A stretch of DNA of 63,977 bases, counting the filler, from a bacterium (GTDB lineage Bacteria > JBBIVP01): the NCBI GenBank assembly GCA_037439705.1. It is 7 parts of 7 records of this genome, joined end to end, with 100 filler letters (N's around TTAATTAATTAA, not from the genome) between each part and the next. Parts side by side here need not be neighbours in the genome. Positions count along the whole stretch, not along the records: positions 31,030 to 41,236 come from JBBIVP010000065.1; positions 41,337 to 51,536 come from JBBIVP010000066.1; 5 more parts are not named here. One strand, given 5' to 3'. A program made the position numbers and the translations under genes. Position 1 is the first letter of the stretch. Every line of letters begins with the position of its first letter. Below, piece by piece: positions 38,602 to 49,532 of the stretch. The notes under the pieces are model-generated. The model made no database searches. It saw only the letters and a list, made by a program, of their open reading frames with translations, and was not told the DNA's origin.

Positions 38602-41079
38602 TTATTCCTTTTCTTCCGCCATTTTCAAGACCTCAGCGTTAAAATTCGGGTCATCCGGGACATATATGGTCTGATAATAATTCTTCCCTTCAATCATACT
38701 TCTTAACAAATTATAGAGGATATCGCCTGTCCTCTGTCCAAGCGAAACGCTTTCCTCATACTGATTCGGGTGCCTCATGACCTCAAGTTTCTTACCGGGA
38801 GGATTTATGTCCCTCAGATAATCTGAATAAAGGCTCCAGACATCCTCCATAAGTGCCTCAAATGTAAGTTTGCTGTAGGAATAGGGGAGGTCAAAAATCT
38901 GCCAGAGTCCTCCATTGGCATTCAGAATCATGTCTATAAGACTGGCATATTTCTTTATATCGTCAAACACACCTTCATAAAGGGGAAGGAAATCGCTTCT
39001 CGGAGGCGTGTAGCCAACTGTTGAATTTGTTTCAGCAGTGATAAAGAAGAGTGAATAGCCATTCTTTTCTGCTAAAGGGACAAGTCCTTCAATCTCAATC
39101 GCATTTATCGGATTTATTGAATTCGTGTAAAATTTTGGATAATTAGGGTCTTTTGGAATATCTCCGAGACCATCGGGAGCACTTTTCCAGAAGATTGAGG
39201 TTCTCTTTCTTCCAACCACATAATCAGGGAAAAACTCAGCGGGTGTTGTTATGAAGCCTATTTTCTTATCTTCAAAAATCCTCTTAATCCTTATAGAAAA
39301 AAGATTTATCGGGAGTTTGAAACATCCAAACGGACCACAGGAAGAATTATCCTTTGAAAGTTCCTTCTTATAGATGATATCCTTTATTTTCTCAGCATCC
39401 ACATCCTTTCCCACAAGGACCAGCCCTCCCTTGAATATGTCAAGTTTTGCACCTACATAAAATATTGGGTTCTCAAATGGGAGAAATACAAATTTTCTCT
39501 CGCTCAAAATCTCAACAGGAAGATAAGAACTTGACCCTTTAAGCCCCTCAAGCACAAATCTTCCAATAAACCTCCCAAGGCTTTCAGCCCTTTCCTTCGC
39601 CCAGATAGCAGGTTTTATGTTCTCAATCTTTGTAAAATCAATTTCTTCTCCCGTATATTTTTCTACATTTCTCAAAATGTAATTGCCTTCTTCATCCATT
39701 TTCGGAATGCATGTTCCAAGGGGCGTTGTAAGTCCTCCTTCCGGACCGATCTGAAACATACATCCTCCACCCGTCTTTCTTTCAATGAATGAACAAAGAT
39801 AACCCGGAAAATCTGCGGAAATGGCGGTATTGTCCTGCTCCATCACCTCAGCGTGATTCCCCCACACCACAAATGTGAAAAGTGGTTTTTCATTTTCATC
39901 AAGAAACTGAATCGAGTAAATGTTGTAGTCAATAACAAATGGAAGCCTTCCATCTGTAATCAAATACCTCTCAAGAAATTTATCGCTTTTTTCGCTCAGG
40001 GGAATAAAGCACTGGTCATACCTATTAGCCTTCTCCTCCATATTTTCCCAAACGGAATTTATTGATTCGGAAGTGCAGGGGGTTGAATAGGTTGTTGTCT
40101 CATATTGATAGTTGTAAAGTTCAATGTCATCCCTTCCGCTTACTCCATTCATATCGCAGTCTATGTTCATCTTAGCGTATATTCCCTCTTTAAAAAGGTC
40201 AAGGTCTATCCCTTCATTGAAAAATCCATCTTTATTGCAATCAACCTCAAATTTTTCATCATCCTGAATATCGCAGAACCTTTCTGGTTCAGAGGGATGA
40301 GGAATTTCTTCCTTGAAGAATCTCACATATTTGTAGGGTTTCATATTCTCAACAGCCTTCTTAACCGCAGAAACTGCCTTCCTCTCAACAAAAGCCCAGT
40401 ATTCTGGATTAAACCCGGAAAGTGGAAATTTCACATCCTCCTCAGAAATGGCTGGAAGTCTCAAAAGGCCTTTGAGGTCTATGTTGTGAATGAGGTCTGG
40501 ACCCCACAATCCCTGAAGGTCAGGCGCTTCATGGTCGTGCAGTGTAAAAACGAGAAGGTTTTCCTTTTTCAATGTTCCGCCGGAAAGACCCTCAATTTTC
40601 TCCCTCAGATTTGCAAGGTGGACTGGTGAAAGCCCAATTGTATCAATGGAAAGGAAGAGGACATAGTTTTTGTCCTTTGTTATTACAGCGCTCCTAACTT
40701 TTATAGGTGCATCAAAATCATATCCAGTTGCAGGTCTTGCAAAGTCAAAACCTCCAAGCCATATTGCATCAAACCATCCATTCTTATTCGCATCAATAAA
40801 TCCCTCCTGGCAATTAAGAGGGTCTGTGGCTGGCTTGTTCATAAATCCCTCAAAGGTATAATCCTTATTTTTTGGACAGATATTTTTCGGAATATGAATT
40901 GGGACCTCAAAGCAGAATTCCGTATCGCACCCTCCATCTGCAAGATATGGATGTGGCGTTATATCTTCAGTTGCAAAACCCACAAAGTTCCCTTCCTTAA
41001 GATGGAGTTCAAACTCCGCCTTCATTGAACTTGAACAGGAAAGGAAAGGCATAATGAAAAGGATGCTCAATTTTTTCAT
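38602..41079 (-). CDS. Large lipoprotein, neutral/alkaline ceramidase-like fold
   Basis: Lipobox FLSC; HDHEAPD, GNHAE, SADFPG and YEESVS motifs. Confidence 0.6.
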   Translation of the reverse strand: MKKLSILFIMPFLSCSSSMKAEFELHLKEGNFVGFATEDITPHPYLADGGCDTEFCFEVPIHIPKNICPKNKDYTFEGFMNKPATDPLNCQEGFIDANKNGWFDAIWLGGFDFARPATGYDFDAPIKVRSAVITKDKNYVLFLSIDTIGLSPVHLANLREKIEGLSGGTLKKENLLVFTLHDHEAPDLQGLWGPDLIHNIDLKGLLRLPAISEEDVKFPLSGFNPEYWAFVERKAVSAVKKAVENMKPYKYVRFFKEEIPHPSEPERFCDIQDDEKFEVDCNKDGFFNEGIDLDLFKEGIYAKMNIDCDMNGVSGRDDIELYNYQYETTTYSTPCTSESINSVWENMEEKANRYDQCFIPLSEKSDKFLERYLITDGRLPFVIDYNIYSIQFLDENEKPLFTFVVWGNHAEVMEQDNTAISADFPGYLCSFIERKTGGGCMFQIGPEGGLTTPLGTCIPKMDEEGNYILRNVEKYTGEEIDFTKIENIKPAIWAKERAESLGRFIGRFVLEGLKGSSSYLPVEILSERKFVFLPFENPIFYVGAKLDIFKGGLVLVGKDVDAEKIKDIIYKKELSKDNSSCGPFGCFKLPINLFSIRIKRIFEDKKIGFITTPAEFFPDYVVGRKRTSIFWKSAPDGLGDIPKDPNYPKFYTNSINPINAIEIEGLVPLAEKNGYSLFFITAETNSTVGYTPPRSDFLPLYEGVFDDIKKYASLIDMILNANGGLWQIFDLPYSYSKLTFEALMEDVWSLYSDYLRDINPPGKKLEVMRHPNQYEESVSLGQRTGDILYNLLRSMIEGKNYYQTIYVPDDPNFNAEVLKMAEEKE

Positions 41080-41234
41080 TGCTTCACCCATTTAATGTTT
41101 ATATTTAAAAATCCTGTCCAGCTTTCATACCTTCCATTAGCTGATGGCCACCTTGTTGAATTCTTAACTTCTCTTGGTATAAAGAAAACCTGCTGGGTAT
41201 CTGCCCTCAGATAAAATCCCTTTCCAAGTCCAAA
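41076..41234 (-). CDS. C-terminal fragment of an outer-membrane beta-barrel (OmpP1/FadL-like)
   Basis: Reads FGLGKG...ANGRYESWTGFLNINIKWVKQ*; stop overlaps the next ATG; cut by contig end. Confidence 0.45.
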   Translation of the reverse strand, partial: FGLGKGFYLRADTQQVFFIPREVKNSTRWPSANGRYESWTGFLNINIKWVKQ

Positions 41235-41236
41235 CT

Positions 41237-41336
41237 NNNNNNNNNNNNNNNNNNNNNNNNNNNNNNNNNNNNNNNNNNNNTTAATTAATTAANNNNNNNN
41301 NNNNNNNNNNNNNNNNNNNNNNNNNNNNNNNNNNNN
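41237..41336. other. Artificial contig linker
   Basis: N44-TTAATTAATTAA-N44. Confidence 0.99.
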
Positions 41337-41736
41337 ATAAGACAAATTTCCAGAAAAATCTAAAATTAAAGAAAATATATTTAGAGAGAGAACTATTCAG
41401 AAAATTTCTCTCCATCTTTCTCATACATTTAAATTATAAAAGAGAGAAAACAAAAGTTAAGCAAAATGACCCCCTCTTTTAGGTTAAGAGATAGTATCCA
41501 TGGATGTAAGGTATGGAAAAGGAGATGGAAGAATGTTTATGTTCCTGAAAATAAGGAGGCTCTTCATAAGATGATAAAGAAAATCGTTGAAATAGGGGGC
41601 TTCCCCCATCAGGATATCTTATGAAAATGATAGAAGGAGGAAGCCCATGAAAGTAGCAACACTATATCCTTCCTATAAAGAACTTTACAAAAATGATCCG
41701 GTTTTTGCAAGGAAAATCCCTGTAGAAGAACATAGG

Positions 41737-41853
41737 CATTGTTACCAGAGGAAAAGAGGTTGGAGATTTTAGTTAAAAGGGGTAAAATTGAATGAGAAAG
41801 GTTCTATTCTGGTGATAGAGAGTGCTTTGAAAGGAGCTGGATTTAAAGATTTA
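41737..41853 (+). repeat. Dispersed repeat family X, copy B
   Basis: Aligns with the reverse complement of 51637..51749 and with 35927..35973. Confidence 0.75.
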
Positions 41854-41981
41854 AAAAAGTCAAAAGGTAAGACCTGACTCCCAAACAATTCTCTCTTAAC
41901 CCAAAAGAAAAAAACCCTTGATTGAAAAGGAAATTGCTGGTATATAAAAAACAAACTTAAAAATTTAACAGGAGGTGTGAG

Positions 41982-42662
41982 ATGATGAGGGTAACTTATC
42001 ATGGACATGCGTGCTGGACAGTAAGTTCAGAAACGCACAGTGTAATAATAGACCCATTTTTGACAGGAAATGAATTAGCGAAGATAAAACCATCGGATGT
42101 GAAAGGAATTTCAGCGGTTCTTGTAACCCACGGACACTTTGACCACATAGCAGATGCAGTAGAAATTGCCAGAGCGAACAACGCACCGGTTATATCCGTT
42201 TTTGAAGTTGTCAACTATGCAATGAAAAAGGGAGCACAGGGACATCCGATGCACATCGGTGGTGCTTATAACTTTCCATTTGGAAGGGTGAAACTAACAA
42301 TAGCCCATCACGGCTCAACAACAGATGAGGGAGCAGCAGGAAACCCCTGTGGCATAATCCTCCAGATGGACGGAAAAACCCTCTATCATGCAGGAGATAC
42401 AGGTCTGTTTTACGATATGAAACTCATTGGAGAAATGAACAAAATTGATATAGCCCTTCTTCCCATAGGTGGAAATTTCACAATGGATATAGATGATGCG
42501 GTAAAGGCTGTTGAATTTCTGAAACCACAGGTTGCCATTCCAATGCATTATGATACATTTCCTGTTATAAAGGCTGACCCATATAAATTTGTCAAAAAAG
42601 TGGAAAAACTCGGCGTAAAAGCAGTTGTCCTTAAAGTTGAGGAATCTTTTGAATTAAAGTAA
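41982..42662 (+). CDS. Metal-dependent hydrolase, MBL fold (UPF0173-like)
   Basis: IDPF, THGHFDH, HAGDT and PMHY motifs. Confidence 0.92.
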   Translation: MMRVTYHGHACWTVSSETHSVIIDPFLTGNELAKIKPSDVKGISAVLVTHGHFDHIADAVEIARANNAPVISVFEVVNYAMKKGAQGHPMHIGGAYNFPFGRVKLTIAHHGSTTDEGAAGNPCGIILQMDGKTLYHAGDTGLFYDMKLIGEMNKIDIALLPIGGNFTMDIDDAVKAVEFLKPQVAIPMHYDTFPVIKADPYKFVKKVEKLGVKAVVLKVEESFELK

Positions 42663-43732
42663 TGCCCCTTTTCAGAAAAACCCGTTTTTACCTTATATCC
42701 GAACCCTTAAGGGGCGTATTTCTCGCTTCATACCTCAAAGCCGGCGGAAGAGATGTCTCATACCCATCTCCTAATTTTTTCAAATCAAAAGACTCTGAAA
42801 AAATTCCTTTCTTCCCGCTGTTTCTGCCATCGCAAGAAGAAAAAGAAATTTCATTCAATCGTGTAAAACTTGAAGGATGCTTACAGGAAGGAGAAGAAAG
42901 ATTTAGCATAGCCATCGGTGAAAGCATAAGGATAAGGGGTTTTGTAGAGGAAGAACTCATACTTGATGAATTTAAAAGGGAATTCGGAGAAAAGAGTTTC
43001 GTTGAAACCTGTTATTTCATCTGTAAAGAAATGAGAAATTTTTACACTCGGGGAAAAAAGGAAAAGGCAAGGGAAAAATGGGAAAATCTGAAAGAGTGGC
43101 TCGGAAAACTCAACGAGGAAGAAAAAAACATTATAAAAACCATCTTCACATCCTGGACATTCATCACGCACAAATTTGAGCAGAAAAAGGCAGAAGATGG
43201 AGCATTCCCGTTTCTCGCAGGTTTTCAAAAACTGAAATACATCGGTTCTCCTGAAAAACTCTGGTCAAGAACAGTTAACCTCTTCAATTTTTACCAGTTA
43301 GAAAAACCATCATACTCCCAACTCGTTGAGCCATCACAACTTCCGGATGAGGATAAAGGATTGTGCACAAGAAAGAAAATCTGGATTTTGAAATGCGAAA
43401 CCTCAAAAATCCCGGAGGAAATGAAAAACCCGTTGATATATAAAGAAAAACCCCTGAGTGAACCCATTTATGTGGAAATGCTACCATCTACCCCTGAAAC
43501 CTCATCGTTCCTTCTCTTTTCAGATGTGAACTCCTCAGAAGAAATTTTGAAGAAGGCTATAAAAACCATTGCTCCTCTCCTTGATGAACCAATCAATTTA
43601 TCCCCTATTGGTGAAGAGGACTTCTTTTACCTCTCAGATTTTGTTCCGAAAAAGGTAATTCCTCTTATACCCTCAGTTCCATCCCATATCTCAACAGACC
43701 TGCTCTTCATGGAAAAGGAGATTAAAAAATGA
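42662..43732 (+). CDS. Hypothetical protein
   Basis: 356-aa ORF translationally coupled on both sides; no confident family. Confidence 0.6.
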   Translation: MPLFRKTRFYLISEPLRGVFLASYLKAGGRDVSYPSPNFFKSKDSEKIPFFPLFLPSQEEKEISFNRVKLEGCLQEGEERFSIAIGESIRIRGFVEEELILDEFKREFGEKSFVETCYFICKEMRNFYTRGKKEKAREKWENLKEWLGKLNEEEKNIIKTIFTSWTFITHKFEQKKAEDGAFPFLAGFQKLKYIGSPEKLWSRTVNLFNFYQLEKPSYSQLVEPSQLPDEDKGLCTRKKIWILKCETSKIPEEMKNPLIYKEKPLSEPIYVEMLPSTPETSSFLLFSDVNSSEEILKKAIKTIAPLLDEPINLSPIGEEDFFYLSDFVPKKVIPLIPSVPSHISTDLLFMEKEIKK

Positions 43733-45009
43733 AGGTTCTTGTTGTTGGCGGTGGAGGAAGGGAACACGCCCTTGTCTGGGCATTGAAAAGGAGTAAGGAT
43801 GTAAAAGAAGTTCTGTGTGCTCCCGGAAACGGAGGAATTTCAAGAATAGCAAAAATTTTTCCGGATATAAAAAGTGAAGATATAAGTGGAATAAAAGAAC
43901 TGGCAAAAAAAGAAAAGGTTGACCTCGTTGTAGTTGGTCCGGAAAATCCACTTGCTCTCGGAATAGCAGATGAACTGGAAAAAGAAAAAATTCCAGTCTT
44001 TGGACCATCAAAAGAAGCTTCCCTGCTTGAATCAAGCAAGGTCTTTTCAAAGACCTTCATGAAAAAATATGATATTCCCACTGCGGACTTCAGGGTTTTT
44101 GATGACCCGGTTTCTGCAATAAAGTTTGTTGAGGAAAAGGGAACTCCGATTGTCATAAAAGCAGATGGACTTGCTCAGGGAAAGGGCGTCTATGTGGCTC
44201 ACACACTTGAATCAGCAGGTGAGGCAATTTCAGAAATAATGGTGAAGAAAAAATTTGGAAGTTCAGGAAATAGAATTGTCATTGAAGAATACCTTGAGGG
44301 AGAAGAATTATCCTATATTGCCATAATAAGCGATGAGGTCATCATTCCTCTCCTCGCCTCGCAGGACCACAAAAGGTTGAACGACAATGATACCGGACCA
44401 AATACAGGAGGAATGGGGGCTTACGCACCTGTCCCTTTTGTATCAGAAAAACTTGAGAAAAAAATTATAAATAAGATATTCAAAAGGGTATTAAAAGGAT
44501 TGAAGAAGGAAGGAATAAAATACAGAGGGGTTCTTTATGCAGGACTTATGATAGTTAGGGATGAACCCTTTGTCCTTGAGTTCAATGTCAGGTTTGGAGA
44601 CCCTGAAACTCAGCCTCTTATGCTTTTGATGAAAAGCGAACTCTTTCCCATCCTCTACAATTCAGCAACAGGAAACCTCAGGGAAGAAAAAATAGAATGG
44701 AAAGAAGGTTCCTCAATGTGTGTGGTAATGGCTTCTCAAGGATATCCGGGGGAATACAAAAAGGGCCTTGAGATAAATGGACTTGAGGAAGCGGAAAAAG
44801 AAGAGGATATTGTAGTCTTTCATGCAGGAACAGAATTCAAAAATGGAAAATTCTACACAGCAGGTGGAAGGGTTCTTGGAGTGACAGGAACTGGAAAAGA
44901 TTTGAAAGAAACTTATGAAAAAACCTATTCAGCAGTCAAAAAAATTACCTGGGAGGGATTTCATTACAGAAAGGATATAGGGATGAGGGGATTGAAATTT
45001 CTCTCATGA
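43729..45009 (+). CDS. purD: Phosphoribosylamine--glycine ligase
   Basis: GGGGREHA, KADGLAQGKGV, GPNTGGMG and EFNVRFGDPE motifs. Confidence 0.98.
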   Translation: MKVLVVGGGGREHALVWALKRSKDVKEVLCAPGNGGISRIAKIFPDIKSEDISGIKELAKKEKVDLVVVGPENPLALGIADELEKEKIPVFGPSKEASLLESSKVFSKTFMKKYDIPTADFRVFDDPVSAIKFVEEKGTPIVIKADGLAQGKGVYVAHTLESAGEAISEIMVKKKFGSSGNRIVIEEYLEGEELSYIAIISDEVIIPLLASQDHKRLNDNDTGPNTGGMGAYAPVPFVSEKLEKKIINKIFKRVLKGLKKEGIKYRGVLYAGLMIVRDEPFVLEFNVRFGDPETQPLMLLMKSELFPILYNSATGNLREEKIEWKEGSSMCVVMASQGYPGEYKKGLEINGLEEAEKEEDIVVFHAGTEFKNGKFYTAGGRVLGVTGTGKDLKETYEKTYSAVKKITWEGFHYRKDIGMRGLKFLS

Positions 45010-45224
45010 AGGTCTTTTTCAGAGGAAAAGTTTACGAATTCAACGAAAGAATGAAGGTTAAGGATTTGTTGAAAAAACTCGGGCTTCTTCCAGAATATGT
45101 TCTTGTTTTAAAAAAGGACTCACAGAATAGTGAGCATAAAATCCTCGTTGAGGAAGACTACCTTGAAAAAGAGGATGAGGTTGAAATCCTGAGCGCCATA
45201 TCAGGAGGTAAAAAAATCCTATGA
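45006..45224 (+). CDS. ThiS/MoaD-family sulfur carrier
   Basis: Ubiquitin-like size; DEVEILSAISGG followed by KKIL. Confidence 0.8.
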   Translation: MKVFFRGKVYEFNERMKVKDLLKKLGLLPEYVLVLKKDSQNSEHKILVEEDYLEKEDEVEILSAISGGKKIL

Positions 45225-46373
45225 AATTAATCCGATGAGGAAATCTCTGAGATTTTCAGCCCGAACGCTTTCCGCCCATCTTTTTCCCTCCTCTCCCATC
45301 TTCCTTCTTATCTCATCGTTTTTTAAAAGAAAAAGAACCTTTTCTGCTATCTCCTCCGGATTTCTTGGGTCAACAATAAAACCGGTCTTCCCATCAATTA
45401 TTGCATCCCTGCATCCACCCTCACCACCTATTACAGGCTTTCCGAAGTAATTAGCCTCAAGAAACACAAGTCCGAATCCCTCTCCGAAAATCCCCCTTTC
45501 ATTCTCCTCAACCCTTGATGGCATAACAAAAACCTCACATATTGAATAATAAAGAGATAACTCCTCGTCCGAAACCCTGCCAGTAAATATAACGCTATCC
45601 TTTAAACCCATAGAATCAGCCATCCTCTCGTATTCCTTTCTGAAATCTCCTTCGCCCACGATAACATAAACTGCATCTGGAAACTTTTCCTTTATAATCC
45701 GCATCGCCTCAATTGTCTTATCTATTCCCTTGTATCTCTGAAGTTTAGTAAGCCTTGCCACGGTTAAAATTATCTTTTTACCATCCCAGGCTTTTAACAA
45801 CTCTTCCACCTTTTCCCCTGATGGCTCTTTAATCTCCGGAAGGGGAAGTCTTATCCTTTTTATCTTCTCAGGATTTACAATTTTTTTTAAATAATCCTCT
45901 GTCCACCTGCTTATTGCGAGAACAGAATCAGCCCCTTTAAGAACCCTTTTTATAATCCAGAGCCTCCCCTTATCCATAATTTCAATTGCGTATGTCCACT
46001 GAATATATGGAATGCCAAGAATTTTTTTGACAATAAGGGCTGGAATTCCTGAAAGTATGTGCCCCGAATGAACAATCACCCTCCTTCCACGAAGTTTCCA
46101 TTTTGTTGTTTCAAAAATGAGAAGGAAAAAAGAAGAGATTAAGAATATGAGATTTCTTAATTTCTTATTTCTTAAACGAAAGAGCCTTCCTGTTCTTTTT
46201 ATTTTGTATTTTTGAACAGAATCAAATTCCTTTGCACCTTCTGTATCCGGCGCTATTACGATGAGGGATTCCTCTGGAAATTTCCCGTAAACATCTCCCA
46301 AACACCTCTGTATCCCTCCTCTCTCAGGAGGAAAATCGGTGGTAATAAGAATAAAAACGGGCAATTTTTTCAT
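45219..46373 (-). CDS. Glycosyltransferase family 4
   Basis: DFPPERGGI, YKGID and EGFGLVFLEA motifs. Confidence 0.92.
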   Translation of the reverse strand: MKKLPVFILITTDFPPERGGIQRCLGDVYGKFPEESLIVIAPDTEGAKEFDSVQKYKIKRTGRLFRLRNKKLRNLIFLISSFFLLIFETTKWKLRGRRVIVHSGHILSGIPALIVKKILGIPYIQWTYAIEIMDKGRLWIIKRVLKGADSVLAISRWTEDYLKKIVNPEKIKRIRLPLPEIKEPSGEKVEELLKAWDGKKIILTVARLTKLQRYKGIDKTIEAMRIIKEKFPDAVYVIVGEGDFRKEYERMADSMGLKDSVIFTGRVSDEELSLYYSICEVFVMPSRVEENERGIFGEGFGLVFLEANYFGKPVIGGEGGCRDAIIDGKTGFIVDPRNPEEIAEKVLFLLKNDEIRRKMGEEGKRWAESVRAENLRDFLIGLIS

Positions 46374-46468
46374 TTTTTATTTTTATGGAATTTCTGCTTT
46401 GAAAGCAACCTGTTTAAAGAGATAATTTTCTGAAAAGGCAAAGAGGCTTTTGAAATATGAGCAAGTAA

Positions 46469-46613
46469 TATGATGCTGTTATTAAATATGGATATACCCG
46501 GAGCGAAGTGGCTCGGGCAGTTGGAATTCATTATTCCCGAGTAAGCAAAATTTTAAACCAAACAAAAAGTCAAAAAGCAAGACCGACCGCAAAACAATTT
46601 TCATTCTGACCCC
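46469..46613 (+). mobile_element. Orphan HTH fragment resembling the C-terminus of Y1/RAYT-like transposases
   Basis: Reads YDAVIKYGYTRSEVARAVGIHYSRVSKIL, has no start codon, and ends ...TGACCCC. Confidence 0.5.
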
Positions 46614-46623
46614 AACACAATTT

Positions 46624-47058
46624 TCAGATAGATATACCTTTCCCTGTAACCTTTCTTAATATCACTTTTATTATCTCCATATCCTCACTGGATTTTGCGA
46701 AAGTCAGGAAAATTATAATAAAGGAAACAACAAACATTAATGTGCGAAAGAGAAATGATGCGGAATGGGGTAAGCTGAAAGGAATTAACAAGGAGATTAT
46801 AAATGTCATCACCTTTCTGAAATAAAACTTATCAAAAGGATGGAGTTTGAAAATCCTCCACACATGAAATTGTATCAAAATTGTCACCACTGCCCACCAT
46901 ACCGCAGTAGCAATCCCCGCACCTGTTATCCCCATGTCTGGAATAAGAACAAGGTTCAATAGAATGCTCAGGATGAGCCCGATAATAAGGTCAATGAGAT
47001 AAAGAATGTGATAACCTCCCATTACAAGAACCCATCCTGACTCACTGGCGCCCGCATT
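46624..47058 (-). pseudogene. C-terminal fragment of a polysaccharide flippase (Wzx-like)
   Basis: LNLVLIPDMGITGAGIAT motif; N-terminal part missing. Confidence 0.7.
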
Positions 47059-48744
47059 TTGTATGTTCTCGGTATAAATTATACACTGCATGAGAGTAGC
47101 GTATGTCTTTTAAAGGATAAAGAAATTATATTCGCTACCGCAGAAGAAAGGGTATCAAGGATTAAGCACGATTCTAATTTTCCTTTAAAATCCATTGCTC
47201 TTGCCCTTCGTACAGCAGGAATTTCTTTGAATGAAGTCTCTCATATCGGAATCTCATGGCCCTCAACAAATTTATCCATCTTTTTTAAAGAATATTCGCT
47301 ATTTCTCAAAAATAAATACAAAATTTCAAAGTTTAGGCTGTTAAGTCCATTGTTATGGCACATAAGAAATTATCGTGAAAAAGGAGGACTAAAATTTCTT
47401 GAGAAAAACTTTGGACCCTTTTCGCAAAATATCCAGTTTTTTGGTCACCACTTCTCTCACGCTGTAAGTGCCTGTGTGCTTTCCGGTTTTAAAGAATCAG
47501 CAGTTCTTGTCTGCGATGGAAGAGGGGCTTTAAACTCCACTACTATCTGGGAGTGGAAGAACGGGAAGTTGAACCTTTGGCGGAGATATAGAGCGCCGAA
47601 TTCAGTTGGATTCATCTATTCTCGATTTACTCAGTATCTTGGATTTGAGCCTCTTTCGGATGAATGGAAGGTAATGGGACTTGCCCCTTATGGTAAGCCC
47701 GGTGTTGACCTGTCATACTTCATAAAAATTGATGAAAACGGTTATGAAGTTAACTTAAAATCCCTTCTTGGAAAAGACTACAACGACCTTTCGGAGATAG
47801 AAAAAAGACTGGGTCCGCGAAGAAATCCCGAAGAAGAAATTACTGAGAGACATAAAGACATAGCCTATGCCCTTCAGGAAGTTACAGAAAGAATAATGCT
47901 TTTTTTAGCCAGACAGGCTGTAAAATTGACGGGAATAAGAAATTTGTGCATGGCAGGAGGAGTGGCTTTAAACTGCAAGGCTAATGGACTGATTTTAAGA
48001 AGCGGAATAGTGAATGACATCTTCATACAGCCTGCAGCAGGAGACGATGGTTCTGCTTTAGGCGCTGCATTTGCGTGCTATGAAAAAATTGATGGAAAAC
48101 TTCCATCTTTAAAAATGGAACACCCTTATTTTGGCTCTTCTTTTTCTGATGAGGAGATTGAAAAACTTTTGAATACCTATAAACTCCCTTACAAAAAATT
48201 GCAGAACCCTGCCCGAGAGGGGGCTCGTCTTCTTACGGAAGGAAAAATTATAGGATGGTTTCAGGGAAAGTGGGAATTTGGACCTAGGGCTCTTGGAAAT
48301 CGTTCAATACTTGCAGACCCGAGAGACCCCTTAATGAAGGAAAAAGTTAATAATGCTGTTAAATTCAGAGAAGAATGGAGACCTTTTGCTCCATCTGTTT
48401 TGGAAGAATATGCGGAAGAATATTTTGAAGGGTGCAAAAGTTCTACTTTTATGATACTTACTTTCTATGTAAAAGCCGAGAAAAGAGCAAAGATTCCAGC
48501 AGTAACCCATGTGGATGGTACTGCACGGGTTCACACAGTTAAAAAAAGTGTAAATCCTCTATACTGGAGATTAATTGATGAATTCAGGAAACTCACAGGG
48601 ATAACAGTGGTTCTCAATACCTCTTTTAACCTTAAAGGAGAACCTATTGTAGGAACTCCTTTTGACGCAATAAGAACATTTTATACCTCTGGACTGGATG
48701 CTTTGATTATTGGAAATTTTATAATAGAGAAAAAGCAGAAATGA
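47059..48744 (+). CDS. Carbamoyltransferase (NodU/CmcH family)
   Basis: EERVSRIKH, HHFSHA, KVMGLAPYG, GGVALN, GPRALGNRS and NTSFN motifs. Confidence 0.93.
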   Translation: MYVLGINYTLHESSVCLLKDKEIIFATAEERVSRIKHDSNFPLKSIALALRTAGISLNEVSHIGISWPSTNLSIFFKEYSLFLKNKYKISKFRLLSPLLWHIRNYREKGGLKFLEKNFGPFSQNIQFFGHHFSHAVSACVLSGFKESAVLVCDGRGALNSTTIWEWKNGKLNLWRRYRAPNSVGFIYSRFTQYLGFEPLSDEWKVMGLAPYGKPGVDLSYFIKIDENGYEVNLKSLLGKDYNDLSEIEKRLGPRRNPEEEITERHKDIAYALQEVTERIMLFLARQAVKLTGIRNLCMAGGVALNCKANGLILRSGIVNDIFIQPAAGDDGSALGAAFACYEKIDGKLPSLKMEHPYFGSSFSDEEIEKLLNTYKLPYKKLQNPAREGARLLTEGKIIGWFQGKWEFGPRALGNRSILADPRDPLMKEKVNNAVKFREEWRPFAPSVLEEYAEEYFEGCKSSTFMILTFYVKAEKRAKIPAVTHVDGTARVHTVKKSVNPLYWRLIDEFRKLTGITVVLNTSFNLKGEPIVGTPFDAIRTFYTSGLDALIIGNFIIEKKQK

Positions 48745-49532
48745 AGCTTCCTGATAAAAATTCCCTTAAGGAAAAAGAACATCTTTTTCTTTACGAACAC
48801 GACTTAATGGAACTCCACAACCCGAATGTAAACTCCTTTGAATACCAGAGATATAAAACCAGAATAGATGAAATCATCAAACATATTCTGATGTATGTTG
48901 AGGAAGGAGGAAAAGTAGCAGAAATAGGATGCGCTCAGGGTAATATGTCTCTCATACTCGCTGAAAATGGGCGCATTGCTTTTGCGTTAGACTTAAGACA
49001 TCCATTCCTGACATACATGATGCTGAAGTATGAAAAAGGAAAATTATTCCCACTTGCTGAAAATGCAGAAAATCTGCCTTTTAAAGATAATTCTCTGGAC
49101 GGGATAATAGTAGCTGAACTTTTAGAACATACCATTTTTCCCCATCTAATTCTTAGAGAATCTAACAGGGTTTTAAAAAAAGGCTGAATAATATATATCA
49201 CCACTCCAAATGGGGAATATATAAGAAACTCACTCCCTTCTTACAGTTCCTTCGAGCCAGCAAAAATAAAAGTTCAATTTTTACCGGATGCAGATGGGCA
49301 TCTATTTGCGTTTAAATTGAAGGAACTTATGCAACTGGTAGAAGAGAATGGATTTGAGGTTCTTAAATGCAAAACCTTCATAACCCCATTTATATCAGGC
49401 TATCTTAATTTCAGAAAGGTAGGATGGTTCTTACCCTCCAGAGTAAGGGCACTGGCTGATAAACTCTTGCTCAGACTCCCCTTCGATAAAAAAATAACAT
49501 CAACTATTTTTATACTGGGTAGAAAGAGATGA
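48741..49532 (+). pseudogene. Class I SAM-dependent methyltransferase with one in-frame TGA
   Basis: RVLKKG*IIYITTPN (TGA at 49185..49187); same frame stays open through ORF 49317..49532. Confidence 0.85.

Noticed and set aside
23934-49187. TGA recoding (genetic code 4/25 or selenocysteine) suggested by four in-frame TGAs
   Set aside because: Core genes are intact under code 11 and many end in TGA with ATGA/GTGA coupling. The TGAs cluster at a gap edge or in genes and loci with other lesions.
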